DNA of 39,683 nucleotides from a virus (IMGVR_UViG_3300012940_000050:1-39683); one strand, 5' to 3'; counted from the first letter of the stretch, positions 24,824 through 33,873 are shown. The notes: generated by a model not told the origin, from the letters alone. Translations and numbers: made by a program.

Positions 24824-25061
24824 CAGCACGCCCCATCAGGATGGCCCCTCCGCCAACGATGACGATCAGAGCCAACGTCACAGGCCATAGGAGCCCGCCA
24901 ACACCACACAGGACGGCGGCTCCGAGTCGCGCCCAGCCAGGACGCACCTTGGACCCACCTTCCCCCCACAGCGCCCGTGCGAACTGGACCGACGCCCACA
25001 GATAGGTGGCAATGAAGAACCCTAAGACCACGAAGGGGAGGGCAGTTCGTGGTTCGCTCAT
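24810..25061 (-). CDS. Small membrane protein
   Basis: Hydrophobic segments including LLWPVTL; ATGA overlap. Confidence 0.65.
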   Translation of the reverse strand: MSEPRTALPFVVLGFFIATYLWASVQFARALWGEGGSKVRPGWARLGAAVLCGVGGLLWPVTLALIVIVGGGAILMGRADATD

Positions 25062-25270
25062 TCGCCCCATCCTTCGTCGGTGCCGTCACGTTCAGCGATC
25101 AACAGCTCCGCCCGCACATAGGCAGCCTCCCGTTCCAGCTCGGCAAGGCGATGCTTCAACAACAGGATGTCGGCAGTCGTAGCGGGTCGCCTCGTGTGGG
25201 TGCTGCCGGGCTCTACCTGTACGCCAGTGATCGCGGGGGAGCGTCTGTAGTCATCCACGTAGGTACTCAT
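25058..25270 (-). CDS. Hypothetical protein
   Basis: ATG 25270 with GGAGG RBS; ATGA overlaps. Confidence 0.65.
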   Translation of the reverse strand: MSTYVDDYRRSPAITGVQVEPGSTHTRRPATTADILLLKHRLAELEREAAYVRAELLIAERDGTDEGWGE

Positions 25271-25491
25271 TCCGCCAGCTCCACAAGCGAAAGGTATGCG
25301 ATGAACGCCGCGACAGCGAGACCGGCCGCAACCCCACCGATCGCGGCAACCCGCTGATCCCACAGTGCTGCGGCCACGAACCACAGCGCGAAGGCTGCGA
25401 GGGTGGCCGCCACGGCAACCACCATGACTGCGATGGACGAGACATGCAGGATCCGTGACGGAGCCGGATAGGACTCGAACTCTTCACTCAT
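25267..25491 (-). CDS. Small two-TM membrane protein
   Basis: Two hydrophobic helices; ATGA overlaps. Confidence 0.65.
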   Translation of the reverse strand: MSEEFESYPAPSRILHVSSIAVMVVAVAATLAAFALWFVAAALWDQRVAAIGGVAAGLAVAAFIAYLSLVELAE

Positions 25492-25898
25492 GCTGCCGCC
25501 ACCATCCGATCCCACTCTGCGAACTGGGCTTCCATGTCAGCCCGCCGCTTCACCTCAATCGACTCGTACAGCCCTTCTCCCTCCGGCCTGTCGATCGCGT
25601 ACCGGTCATCGTCATAGACGGTGTTGACCTCCTGCCGATGCCACGACCTAACAACCTCCAACGCCTGGTCGAGACTGTCGAAATCGTGCGTACGGTTCGG
25701 ACCCAACACATACGAGTACACCGACACCCCGGTCACATGCAGCCCCTTGTCCTGCCGCTCCCAGTAGTTGCCGAACTCGACCGACACATGCCCTTCGGAC
25801 GACTTGCAATGCCCGTCGCCATGCTCGAAGTAGTACCGGTACGCCTCATCGAGGAGGCGGTGAATCTCTTCCAGCTTCGCCAGATCGTCCGTGTTCAT
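25488..25898 (-). CDS. Hypothetical protein
   Basis: 136 aa; AAGGAG RBS; coupled at both ends. Confidence 0.75.
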   Translation of the reverse strand: MNTDDLAKLEEIHRLLDEAYRYYFEHGDGHCKSSEGHVSVEFGNYWERQDKGLHVTGVSVYSYVLGPNRTHDFDSLDQALEVVRSWHRQEVNTVYDDDRYAIDRPEGEGLYESIEVKRRADMEAQFAEWDRMVAAA

Positions 25899-26485
25899 GC
25901 TGCGATCTCCTTCAACTTCTCTCCCAACACCACATCAACCGGAGCAGACGCCGAAATCCCCAAACGAGGATCACCCAACACCGCCCGAATCAACCCCATC
26001 AACTGGGCTGCCTGCGACTGCGCGATCATGATCATCTGCTGATCCACGCCAGCCTTCAGAGACTTCTCCGCGTACGAAGCCATGTCCTGCTCGGCCTGCC
26101 GCAGCATCACCAGCTCGATAGCCGGTTTCGCCTCCTGCGTTTCCCCGCCATCCTGGCCGCCGTCTTTGACCTTTGTGACACCCCACGTCAGGTCTTGCTC
26201 ATCCAAGTTCGCGACCCGGTACCGCCAGTACTCGACCTCACGGGCCTTCGTCTGGACCAACTCCAGGAGCGCAGCGGCGGGATGAATGTCACGCCGGCCA
26301 CCGAACAACGCGACGGCCTGTGCCGCTTCGGACTCCGCCAGCCGGGCGGCGTGGACCCTTTCGGCTTTCGCTATAGCCTTCTTTGTGCCGCCGCCGTGGA
26401 TGATGCAGACAGACAGTCCGGGTCGCGCCCACCGTTTGCAGCGTTCCCCAGACTGTTTCGACTTCGCTGTGCACTGCTCAGCCAT
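25895..26485 (-). CDS. HGGxSTG-type zinc-finger protein, probable terminase small subunit
   Basis: CTAKSKQSGERCKRWA..G..VCIIHGG N terminus and helical C-terminal region ending ...SLKAGVDQQ. Confidence 0.65.
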   Translation of the reverse strand: MAEQCTAKSKQSGERCKRWARPGLSVCIIHGGGTKKAIAKAERVHAARLAESEAAQAVALFGGRRDIHPAAALLELVQTKAREVEYWRYRVANLDEQDLTWGVTKVKDGGQDGGETQEAKPAIELVMLRQAEQDMASYAEKSLKAGVDQQMIMIAQSQAAQLMGLIRAVLGDPRLGISASAPVDVVLGEKLKEIAA

Positions 26486-26681
26486 CGTCAGACCACCGCT
26501 TCACTTCGCCCAACTGGGCGAGCATGTCGTCAGCCTCCTGTGCGATCCGGTAGTTGTCACAGGAGATGGAGAGAGCTTCCTTAGCTGAAGCTATGTGTCT
26601 GTCGTGTTCTTCTCGGAAGAACTGGCCGTTGGACAAGTGCGCATCCCGATACTTCTTCAGGTCTTCAAGTGCCGTCGTCAT
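26478..26681 (-). CDS. Hypothetical protein
   Basis: ATG 26681; ATGA overlap. Confidence 0.6.
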   Translation of the reverse strand: MTTALEDLKKYRDAHLSNGQFFREEHDRHIASAKEALSISCDNYRIAQEADDMLAQLGEVKRWSDDG

Positions 26682-26860
26682 GATCTTCCCCTCTGCTTCG
26701 GCTTGAACGGAATGAACGGGATCCGCGCCAAGTGCCAATGCCCCTTGCATCGGTACGGCCGCAAAATCCGGGACTGCCGGGCTGCTACACGATCCGCAGC
26801 CCAGCGAGTCACATAGGTTGCCTTCTCTGGTGTCGGACACTTACGGTGCCGGGCTGCCAT
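26678..26860 (-). CDS. Small basic zinc-finger-like protein
   Basis: CPTPEK..Y...RPYRC-GHWHL. Confidence 0.65.
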   Translation of the reverse strand: MAARHRKCPTPEKATYVTRWAADRVAARQSRILRPYRCKGHWHLARIPFIPFKPKQRGRS

Positions 26861-27071
26861 CGGGCACCACTTCGCCATCGATCAGTTCAACGGTGTCGGC
26901 CTCCAACTGCCAGCCAGACACCAGGTCATGTGTTGGGAGCCGTCGAACTCGGGGATCGACGATCGCCCGGTTGTAGTAGCTCGCCTGGGCAGCAGCCTGA
27001 GTCAGCAGTTGATCCCAAACCTCCGCTGCCGACACCAGCGGGAACGCGACGACCTCTGTGCGGATGATCAT
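26841..27071 (-). CDS. Hypothetical protein
   Basis: ATGA-coupled ORF. Confidence 0.6.
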   Translation of the reverse strand: MIIRTEVVAFPLVSAAEVWDQLLTQAAAQASYYNRAIVDPRVRRLPTHDLVSGWQLEADTVELIDGEVVPDGSPAP

Positions 27072-27346
27072 GATGCGCACTCCGGGCGGTCGGGGTCATG
27101 CTCGCCCCACGACGACAGGGGTCGGGTGATCGGAATGACATCCGCCAACGGCTGTGCCTTCTCAACCTCGGCCGACACCAGCCAATGCTGAACCCGATCC
27201 GGGAACGGTGTCCCCGAGTAGACGAGACCGCCGACAATCTCCCAACCTTGATCATCGGCGGCCTGCGTAAACCGCTCCCGGATTGTCGCGTCAGCTTCAG
27301 CAACCGTCAACGAGGCGGGGAGGGCGATCCAGTGGCTGGCTCTCAT
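27068..27346 (-). CDS. Hypothetical protein
   Basis: ATGA overlap with the ssb stop. Confidence 0.6.
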   Translation of the reverse strand: MRASHWIALPASLTVAEADATIRERFTQAADDQGWEIVGGLVYSGTPFPDRVQHWLVSAEVEKAQPLADVIPITRPLSSWGEHDPDRPECAS

Positions 27347-27750
27347 CGTGCCGCCCAAGGATCATCGTTGGCCGGCTTCGGCTTGTCCCAGCCCGCGCCC
27401 TGCTGACCCTGGCCCGCAGTGCGCTTCGGATGCACCGCCACCGACGAAGCCGTGATCTCGTTCACCGTCCTACGCTGGCCATCCTTCTCGTAGCTGCGAG
27501 CCTTCAGGACGCCGCCCACGGTGACCCGTGTTCCCTTGTGCAGACGCTCCGCCAGATCCTCAGCCTCCGGCCCAAAGATCGCGAAACTCAACCACAGTGT
27601 GTCCCCGGCGTCGACATACTCACCCCGCTCCTTGTCATACTTCCTTGGCGTATCCGCCACCGATCCATTCAGCACCGCCTCACCCGATGGGGTAAATCTG
27701 AGCACAGGATCTTGGCCGAGCGAACCGGTGATGTAGATCTGATTTGTCAT
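27343..27750 (-). CDS. ssb: Single-stranded DNA-binding protein
   Basis: Start ATG 27750; ITGSLGQDPVLRFTPSG...LHKGTRVTVGG.LKARSYE...DDPW. Confidence 0.95.
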   Translation of the reverse strand: MTNQIYITGSLGQDPVLRFTPSGEAVLNGSVADTPRKYDKERGEYVDAGDTLWLSFAIFGPEAEDLAERLHKGTRVTVGGVLKARSYEKDGQRRTVNEITASSVAVHPKRTAGQGQQGAGWDKPKPANDDPWAAR

Positions 27751-28217
27751 GCTTCCTTCTTCCAGTTGAGTCCGACGCCCACTTTTCGGGCATGTGATTT
27801 GCTTACTCCGTACTTCCGCCCTAGGGCTGCCCAAGACATGCCGGCGTCGCGTTCCCTACGCAAGTTCGCTACAGCCTCTACCGTGAGCTTCGCTGCCGGG
27901 TTGCGTTCCCCAGGCATTCCTGTGTACCCCTGACGGCCCCGTTCGAACATGTCCCGCGTATTGTCCGCAAAGGTTCCAAGTGCAAGGTGCTTTGGATTGA
28001 CGCAGGGTGGGTTATCACATGTGTGCCGGATCACCAGACCTTCCGGCCTAGGGCCATTGGCCATCTCCCAAGACACTGAATGGGCAGTCATCCAACGCCC
28101 GTCCACCGTGAGCCGACCGTACTGCCACTTGCCTGACTGACGCGCCCCGGTCCACTCCCAGCACTCATCATCGGTGCGGCGATCAACCTTTCCCCAGAAG
28201 GATCCACAATCAGTCAT
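27747..28217 (-). CDS. HNH endonuclease with C-terminal HTH (homing type)
   Basis: CWEWTG...AH..SW...RHTCDNPPCVNPKHLALGTFADN; AKLT...WAALGRKYGVS. Confidence 0.92.
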   Translation of the reverse strand: MTDCGSFWGKVDRRTDDECWEWTGARQSGKWQYGRLTVDGRWMTAHSVSWEMANGPRPEGLVIRHTCDNPPCVNPKHLALGTFADNTRDMFERGRQGYTGMPGERNPAAKLTVEAVANLRRERDAGMSWAALGRKYGVSKSHARKVGVGLNWKKEA

Positions 28218-28232
28218 GTGTAGTCCTCTCCC

Positions 28233-29435
28233 TCAGCGCCACGCGCTCCCAATACAGTCCATGTCCACCCAAGGCAGACGCCCCGGGGCCCCACCAGAAC
28301 CCTGCAAACGTTTCGGCCAAGCGCGCTCATCCCTAGAGCCACGCCACGGCACCAAATCCATCTGCCGATCCTCCAACACAGTTCCCTGCTGCGGAACAAT
28401 CCCAAACCCGAACTCTGGCCACCGCTGCCACAAACCCGTCCCCACCGGACGAATCTGACGGGCATGGCCCAACTGCTGCATAGGGGTGTGATGTTCAGTT
28501 AGAACCGCAAGGTTGTGCTCCTGGCGAAGCTCGTCAATCAACGCAGCTATCTGCCGGGCAGGAACCTCATCCTTCTCGCTCGACTGCACATACAGTTTGT
28601 AAATCGGCCCGATCACCAACAGGTCCGGATTGAACACCCTGCACATGTGTCTCAACATTGTACGGCCCTTGACCGATGTCAGGTCCAAACCGCCCGGCTG
28701 CCTGTTGATAAACATCCGGTCTTGCGATTCGAACCCGGCCAAACGGAGAGCATCACGAATCGGCCTGATCTTCTGCACCATGATCCGCAACGGATTCTCC
28801 GCATCGACATACAGCACCCGTGACGGCCGGATCCGTTCACGCCGAAACGGATGGCATCCGGCAGCGACACAGCATGCGATCTGCCGCAGCAAGATCGACT
28901 TGCCCGACCCTTCGCCGCCGGTCAGGATCAGCCGGTCACCGGCAGCGAGCATGTCCGGGATCAGCCATTGCTCATCCGGCAACGCCTGGTCGACAAACTC
29001 GTCCAGCGACAGGGTTTCGTTGGCCAACTCGTCATCGTCGCCGTCAGGTCCGGCATGCTTTGCGATCTGCTGTCGGACGTCTTCGACAGGCTGGCCGGCG
29101 TCGAGCATGGCCTGCACCCGCACGGCGGCATCCCGCAACGTCCTACGCTCCGCGGCCTCTAGAACGGCCTGTGCGTGCCGTTCATGGTTGGCTGGTACAA
29201 CTCTTAGGGTCGCGTCTACTAGGCCGTTACAGAGCAACCTCGCCCGTTCTTCGGGCATCTGGAGGGCTGCCGCGACCAGCGGGGGAGTGGGTTGGGTTCC
29301 AGACTCGGCCATCCGGCCCAGTTCCGCCCACACCTGCCCGAGCGTTCCGTCATCGAAATGCTGCGGCCGAACCCGGCTGGCGGTCACAATCCGCGGGTCC
29401 TGCATGGCGCACCCGATCAAGTCCCACTCGATCAC
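28233..29435 (-). CDS. DnaB/RepA-like replicative helicase
   Basis: Start GTG 29435 (GTGA overlap); DnaB-like N terminus; GGEGSGKS Walker A; LYVDAEN; EHH. Confidence 0.85.
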   Translation of the reverse strand: MIEWDLIGCAMQDPRIVTASRVRPQHFDDGTLGQVWAELGRMAESGTQPTPPLVAAALQMPEERARLLCNGLVDATLRVVPANHERHAQAVLEAAERRTLRDAAVRVQAMLDAGQPVEDVRQQIAKHAGPDGDDDELANETLSLDEFVDQALPDEQWLIPDMLAAGDRLILTGGEGSGKSILLRQIACCVAAGCHPFRRERIRPSRVLYVDAENPLRIMVQKIRPIRDALRLAGFESQDRMFINRQPGGLDLTSVKGRTMLRHMCRVFNPDLLVIGPIYKLYVQSSEKDEVPARQIAALIDELRQEHNLAVLTEHHTPMQQLGHARQIRPVGTGLWQRWPEFGFGIVPQQGTVLEDRQMDLVPWRGSRDERAWPKRLQGSGGAPGRLPWVDMDCIGSAWR

Positions 29436-30226
29436 CGGCCCCACTCCCCGAGATCCCACTGCTCACCGTCACCGGTCGTACGGATCCGCGGGTCAGCGGC
29501 AGGCTGTTCGTCGGCCCAGCGTTCCCCGTTCAGCCAGGTCGCCGGATGCGGGCAGTACTGGCCGGCAGACGCGAGCTGCGCCCTCTGGGATCTCAACCCG
29601 TCCAGCAGCACCGACGGGCCAACCTTCTTCACGGCAGCCCGGTACGCCTTGACGGCCTGACCCTTGCCGACCTTGCGGGGATACTCCGACCACCACTCAT
29701 CGAATGTGTCGGCGGTCACATCATTGACAGCATCATCGGCAGCATCAGCCGATGCGCGTATGTTCTTCTCTTCTCTTCTCTTCTCTGCATCACTTCCGCA
29801 TGACTCAAGCATCAAAGATGCATTGCTCCGGGCATGCGTCCGAGCATGCTTGGGAGCATCGCGTTTAGCATGGTCCCAACGTGCTCGCGCAGCCCTAGAA
29901 GCGCGCTGTGACGCCGTTTTAGCGGCCTCCTCGTCCTCATGCGCACTGCCCTGATGGCGCACATAGTCATGAACCAGCAGGTGCGAGTCACCATCCATGC
30001 TCAAGATGCCCGCATCTATGCACACCGATGCGTCGCTATGCTCAGCGCATGCCCGGCGCATTGCTAGACGCATAGGCACTCGACCATCCGTTCCGTGCTG
30101 CTTCGCGTACGCGATACACGTCAGATGAAGGATGATCGCCCGCGGATGATCCTCGACCAGCTCCGAGATCTTCGGGTTGTCCAGGTAGCCGACATCGACC
30201 TTGAACCATCGTCTCCTGTCAGACAC
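29432..30226 (-). CDS. Replication initiator (RepA/lambda O-like)
   Basis: WFKVD..YLDNPKI, HDY..HQ, EKRREEK linker, FDEWWSEYPRKVGK and HPATWLNGERWADE. Confidence 0.88.
   Translation of the reverse strand: MSDRRRWFKVDVGYLDNPKISELVEDHPRAIILHLTCIAYAKQHGTDGRVPMRLAMRRACAEHSDASVCIDAGILSMDGDSHLLVHDYVRHQGSAHEDEEAAKTASQRASRAARARWDHAKRDAPKHARTHARSNASLMLESCGSDAEKRREEKNIRASADAADDAVNDVTADTFDEWWSEYPRKVGKGQAVKAYRAAVKKVGPSVLLDGLRSQRAQLASAGQYCPHPATWLNGERWADEQPAADPRIRTTGDGEQWDLGEWGR
29764..29875. other. Putative replication origin inside the initiator gene
   Basis: (TTCTC)4 tract next to a dense cluster of GCAT/ATGC/GCATGC repeats. Confidence 0.5.
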
Positions 30227-30362
30227 GCCCACCCCCGATCGCCAGACGTGCATCCATCCGCGCCACCGCCTCCCGCAACGACCGACACCGGACCGTCCTG
30301 CCCCTCTGCCGGTCAGTCAGCAGCCACACCTTCCCGTCTCGTCGAATCTTGAAACGCGCCAT
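30219..30362 (-). CDS. Small basic hypothetical protein (47 aa, not in ORF track)
   Basis: MARFKIRRDGKVW...; TGATG coupling; fills the gap. Confidence 0.6.
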   Translation of the reverse strand: MARFKIRRDGKVWLLTDRQRGRTVRCRSLREAVARMDARLAIGGGRV

Positions 30363-30751
30363 CACATCCCCATTTCATGCATCACGCTCGCCCGTCTCGC
30401 CAGATCCGGCCGGCCAATCCTCTGCAACCGATCCACAAAATGACTCACGTCATAGCCCAAACGAGCCGCCAAACTCTCAACCTTGTCAGTCCCCAACAGG
30501 AACGACACCTCATGTTCGAACTCGTCAGCCGTCAACGGCTTAGGTCTCCACTCGCCATTCGCACTCCGCTCACGGTGGTAATGCTTCGCACACAAACCCT
30601 TCGCATGGTTCAAGCCTGTGCATCCATCAACACTGCATACTTGGCGTGGCCCGCGGGGCTTCACCGTCTTCAACAGCCGGCGATAATGCTTGTCGCACAA
30701 GCCGCGCGACCGGCTGACAGTTTCACAATCCACGGCGGAACACTTCTTCAT
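30362..30751 (-). CDS. Protein with two C-x4-C...GLCxKHY zinc-finger repeats
   Basis: CSAVDC...RGLCDKHY and CSVDGC...KGLCAKHY. Confidence 0.75.
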   Translation of the reverse strand: MKKCSAVDCETVSRSRGLCDKHYRRLLKTVKPRGPRQVCSVDGCTGLNHAKGLCAKHYHRERSANGEWRPKPLTADEFEHEVSFLLGTDKVESLAARLGYDVSHFVDRLQRIGRPDLARRASVMHEMGM

Positions 30752-30969
30752 TCAGACTCCTCAGGTAGCTCAGGTTGGTGACAGACACACGCGCACGTGT
30801 TGTCGCGGCATCTCTCATGGCATCCCCAGGCGTGATCGCCCGGATGGCAAGGGCATCCACCACATTCCCAATCACCCGCGCAGTCAGGCAGGCAGGAGAC
30901 GGAATGCTTGATCCAGTACGGGGCTGTGGTGAGTGCGTGGTGCCGGAACTCTCGGAACGCGTCACCCAT
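30748..30969 (-). CDS. Cys/His-rich small protein
   Basis: Coupled ORF with many Cys, including CPCH and CVCH. Confidence 0.55.
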   Translation of the reverse strand: MGDAFREFRHHALTTAPYWIKHSVSCLPDCAGDWECGGCPCHPGDHAWGCHERCRDNTCACVCHQPELPEESE

Positions 30970-31309
30970 CGATCGACTCGATCAACTCGGCCAGCATCAG
31001 CCGGGCTTCGCACAGCTCATCCGTCAGAATCCAGTAGATGACCTGGTCCTCATCCCGAATGTTCTCGGTCCGCCCATGCCAGATGAGGAAGTCATTCCAG
31101 TGGAACAGGACACGTTCGTCGTCCTCAGCGGCCCAGTCGAGATACTGGGCGGCCTTCCGAAGATCCTCGATCCGGTCACCCTTCTGCCCGGCCCGCCACA
31201 GATACTTGATTGCGTTGCCGATCGTGAACGTGTGGTGACGGGTGATGTCGATACACTCGATGCCGGAAGGATGGGTCAAATAGTGGTCAGGGCTGATCGG
31301 GTTAGTCAT
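30962..31309 (-). CDS. DUF3310 (SaV/T7 gp1.7-like) protein
   Basis: PDHY...IECID...GNAIKYLWRAGQK...EDLRKAAQYL; start ATG 31309. Confidence 0.88.
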   Translation of the reverse strand: MTNPISPDHYLTHPSGIECIDITRHHTFTIGNAIKYLWRAGQKGDRIEDLRKAAQYLDWAAEDDERVLFHWNDFLIWHGRTENIRDEDQVIYWILTDELCEARLMLAELIESIDG

Positions 31310-31340
31310 GAAGTCTCCAGAGTCAGTTGATCGTTGAGGG

Positions 31341-32342
31341 TCATGCCATCGCCCCGATGACCGCCGACACCAGGTCGCGGGCAGCAGCGGGCACAACGGC
31401 GTTACCGATCTGTTTGGTGATGTCCGACCCGGTCCCGCACCACCGGTAGTCGGCAGGGAAGCCCATTGCCCGTGCCTGCTCGGCGCGGTTCATCATCCGG
31501 TAGTGCAGGACGCCATCAATCTCGGTGACGACGGCGTGACGGTCTCGGGTGGTGAGTGTCCCGATTGGCTCTGTGGCAGGCTTCCCGACGCGACTGGCCC
31601 CGTAGTACGACACGATCCACCGGCCGGCATCGGGGTAGCGGGACAGGGTCGCATCGATCCGCGCCATGGTGGCTGCGGCTCGTGGTTTCGAGTCGAGTCG
31701 CGGGCCGGGATCCGGGTCGAGGTGGTCGGCGATTCCGATCCGTGCACCGGTGGTCCACTGCGGCAGCGTGACCGGATGTCGGGTCAGGATGCCGAACCAT
31801 CTGGTCCGCGACTGGGGAACAGGCTCGCCGTACAGTCTTGCGTCGGCGGCATTGAGAATGACACGGCGGTAGTGGTAGCCGAGCCCGTCAGTCAACATCG
31901 CCAGCCAGTGGGGGAACAGTGGCCACTCCTCAACCTCAGGAACGTTCTCCACGAGGATCGTTTCGTAGTGGTGATGCTCGGCGAACCGGACCACGTCATG
32001 CATGGTTGCCCGTGACCTGTCAGGTTCCAGCTCGATCAGCTCGGACAGGGTTGTCGGCTCACGGTCCCACAGTGCGAGCCGCCCGCCTTGGCGCTTCCCC
32101 TGGGCGCGGCTGTGGTGGGTGCAGGACGGTGAGGCCCACAGGATGTCGGTGCGTGGGTATCTCCTCGGGTCGACCTGCGAGATATCGGCGCAGTCGTGGT
32201 CCGTGTCGGGATGGTTGGCTTGGTGGGTTTCGATGGCGGTCGGCCAGTGGTTGGCAGCGATCTTTACGGTTACGCCGGCTGTGGTTGCGCCTGTGCTGGA
32301 CCCGCCTGCGCCTGCGAACAGGTCAGTCATGGTGAGAGCCAC
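31341..32342 (-). CDS. Orphan C5-cytosine DNA methyltransferase
   Basis: DLFAGAGG (I), WASPSC (IV), ENV (VI), PQSRTR (VIII), MGFP and QIGNAV (IX-X). Confidence 0.95.
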   Translation of the reverse strand: MALTMTDLFAGAGGSSTGATTAGVTVKIAANHWPTAIETHQANHPDTDHDCADISQVDPRRYPRTDILWASPSCTHHSRAQGKRQGGRLALWDREPTTLSELIELEPDRSRATMHDVVRFAEHHHYETILVENVPEVEEWPLFPHWLAMLTDGLGYHYRRVILNAADARLYGEPVPQSRTRWFGILTRHPVTLPQWTTGARIGIADHLDPDPGPRLDSKPRAAATMARIDATLSRYPDAGRWIVSYYGASRVGKPATEPIGTLTTRDRHAVVTEIDGVLHYRMMNRAEQARAMGFPADYRWCGTGSDITKQIGNAVVPAAARDLVSAVIGAMA

Positions 32343-32366
32343 GGTTTCCTCCGTGTGGGTAGACGA

Positions 32367-32430
32367 ATGTCCCGGCGCACATACGACGCCGGGGCATGGA
32401 AAACGCCCGCCGCTGACATGCGGCAGGCGT
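32367..32430 (-). terminator. Terminator-like hairpin plus a second hairpin upstream of the methylase
   Basis: ACGCCTGCCGC-ATGTCA-GCGGCGGGCGT-TTT, whose G-U pair works only on the minus strand; second stem at 32367-32397. Confidence 0.6.
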
Positions 32431-32442
32431 GAAGGTGGGGGG

Positions 32443-32772
32443 TCAGGCGACCCGGTCAGTCAGATACGCGACCCGGTCACGCGGACCCGGCCCAGTCATC
32501 CGATCCAACAGTGGACGCGCCTTCCTGGGCTGTTTCCACGCGACCACAGGGATCGCGCCGACCAGTCCGGCGACCCGCAGGATCTCGGCCCGCTCCGATG
32601 GTGGGACGGTGCCGGAGATCTTGCACTGGATGAACAGCAGTTCGCCGGGCTTCATGGCGACGATGTCAATAGCACCCTTGGACCCGGCCGATCTGATCAC
32701 GTCGTAGCCGTCGTCCTCCAGGTGGTGGCGGACGGCCCGTTCGAAGGCTGCACCACGGGCGTACTGGCTCAC
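32443..32772 (-). CDS. Holliday junction resolvase (Hjc-like PD-(D/E)xK)
   Basis: GAAFERAV...GYDVIRSAGSKGAIDIVA...IQCK. Confidence 0.85.
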   Translation of the reverse strand: MSQYARGAAFERAVRHHLEDDGYDVIRSAGSKGAIDIVAMKPGELLFIQCKISGTVPPSERAEILRVAGLVGAIPVVAWKQPRKARPLLDRMTGPGPRDRVAYLTDRVA

Positions 32773-32972
32773 TGTGGACCACCCGATCCGTCCGCCTCAG
32801 CGCACTTGGATGAGCAGTAGATCTTCTCGCCATCACGGACCCAGCCCTCGAAGTCAGCGAGGTATGAGGCCGCGCCGACCACAGACGCAGTGTCATCCGC
32901 ATCGAGATAGTCCGACTCCCAGGACTCAAGACAGGTCTTCCGGTCACACTCGACCGTCACCCAGGCGCTCAC
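32769..32972 (-). CDS. Small Cys-containing hypothetical protein
   Basis: ECD..C...GW...YCSSKC; GTGA coupling. Confidence 0.65.
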   Translation of the reverse strand: MSAWVTVECDRKTCLESWESDYLDADDTASVVGAASYLADFEGWVRDGEKIYCSSKCAEADGSGGPQ

Positions 32973-33445
32973 TCCGGATCACCCGATTGGGACGCCCACT
33001 CGACCCCGTCACCGAACGCGGTGAAAACTGCATCCTCTATCTCATCCGACCAGCCGCCGCGGTCATCGCCCGGCCCGTCGAGCGCGGCGAGGGTGGCGCG
33101 AGCAACGTTCCCTAGGTCAGCCTTCCGTGCATCGCCCCTGCTCATGTCGGCATACCGTTGCCAGTAGCCGGCCATCGACCGCACCCGGTCAACGGCGGCG
33201 CGGAGCTGGTCGGCATCATCCATCGTTCCGCGCCACAGTTTCTTCCAGTGGTCAAGCTCGGCAGTCAGCTCGTCCGCCCGGACAGTGCTCGCCTCATACC
33301 CCTCGATGGTGCGTTCTTGGCGGTGGACGATCGTTTGGAGTTTCCTCACCTCGTCGGCCAACTCCCGCACCAGTGGCGAGTCGTACAGCGCCGAGTAGGT
33401 ATCCTCCAACGCCGCCTCGGCGCGGGCGATCAGATCGTCAGTCAT
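32969..33445 (-). CDS. Coiled-coil hypothetical protein
   Basis: ATG 33445 after GGAAGGA. Confidence 0.7.
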   Translation of the reverse strand: MTDDLIARAEAALEDTYSALYDSPLVRELADEVRKLQTIVHRQERTIEGYEASTVRADELTAELDHWKKLWRGTMDDADQLRAAVDRVRSMAGYWQRYADMSRGDARKADLGNVARATLAALDGPGDDRGGWSDEIEDAVFTAFGDGVEWASQSGDPE

Positions 33446-33668
33446 CAGTGTTTCCTTCCCTGTATGGGTTCCTGGGCCACGCCTTGGTGCAGTTGGCGAG
33501 GTCTTCACACCCACGTACCCACGCTGCCGCTTCACGGTCCCGGACCGACGCGGCCAGGGTGTCGTAGGCGGCGAGGAGGATCGGCAGCAGGTCGGCGGCG
33601 GTGTAGCGCATGAACGGTGCCCCCTGCACCCATTCCCGTGCTCGGGTCACAGCTTCCGGCTCAGTCAT
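33438..33668 (-). CDS. Hypothetical protein
   Basis: GGAG RBS; overlaps neighbours; AW..G...NPY ending. Confidence 0.65.
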   Translation of the reverse strand: MTEPEAVTRAREWVQGAPFMRYTAADLLPILLAAYDTLAASVRDREAAAWVRGCEDLANCTKAWPRNPYREGNTDD

Positions 33669-33873
33669 CGTTACTCCGTTCGATCAGCCACTCGCCGAGT
33701 GCCCGAGCGACCTCGGGAGTGAACAACATCCCGACGGACTGGACACTGCAACACCCTTCGCCCTCAAGCTCCAGGTAGACCGTGGAGGTGGACGACCCCC
33801 ACACACGGGAACAAGCCCACAGCCTCGTGTCGTCCCCAGTACGGAAGTCCTTCTCGTCTGCGTAGTACTTCAC
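33661..33873 (-). CDS. Hypothetical protein
   Basis: GTG 33873 with GAGGAG RBS; FTPEVARALGEWL. Confidence 0.6.
   Translation of the reverse strand: MKYYADEKDFRTGDDTRLWACSRVWGSSTSTVYLELEGEGCCSVQSVGMLFTPEVARALGEWLIERSNDD

Noticed and set aside
31341-32772. Methylase plus PD-(D/E)xK nuclease as a restriction-modification pair
   Set aside because: The nuclease is 109 aa with Hjc resolvase motifs and is separated from the methylase by a terminator-like gap
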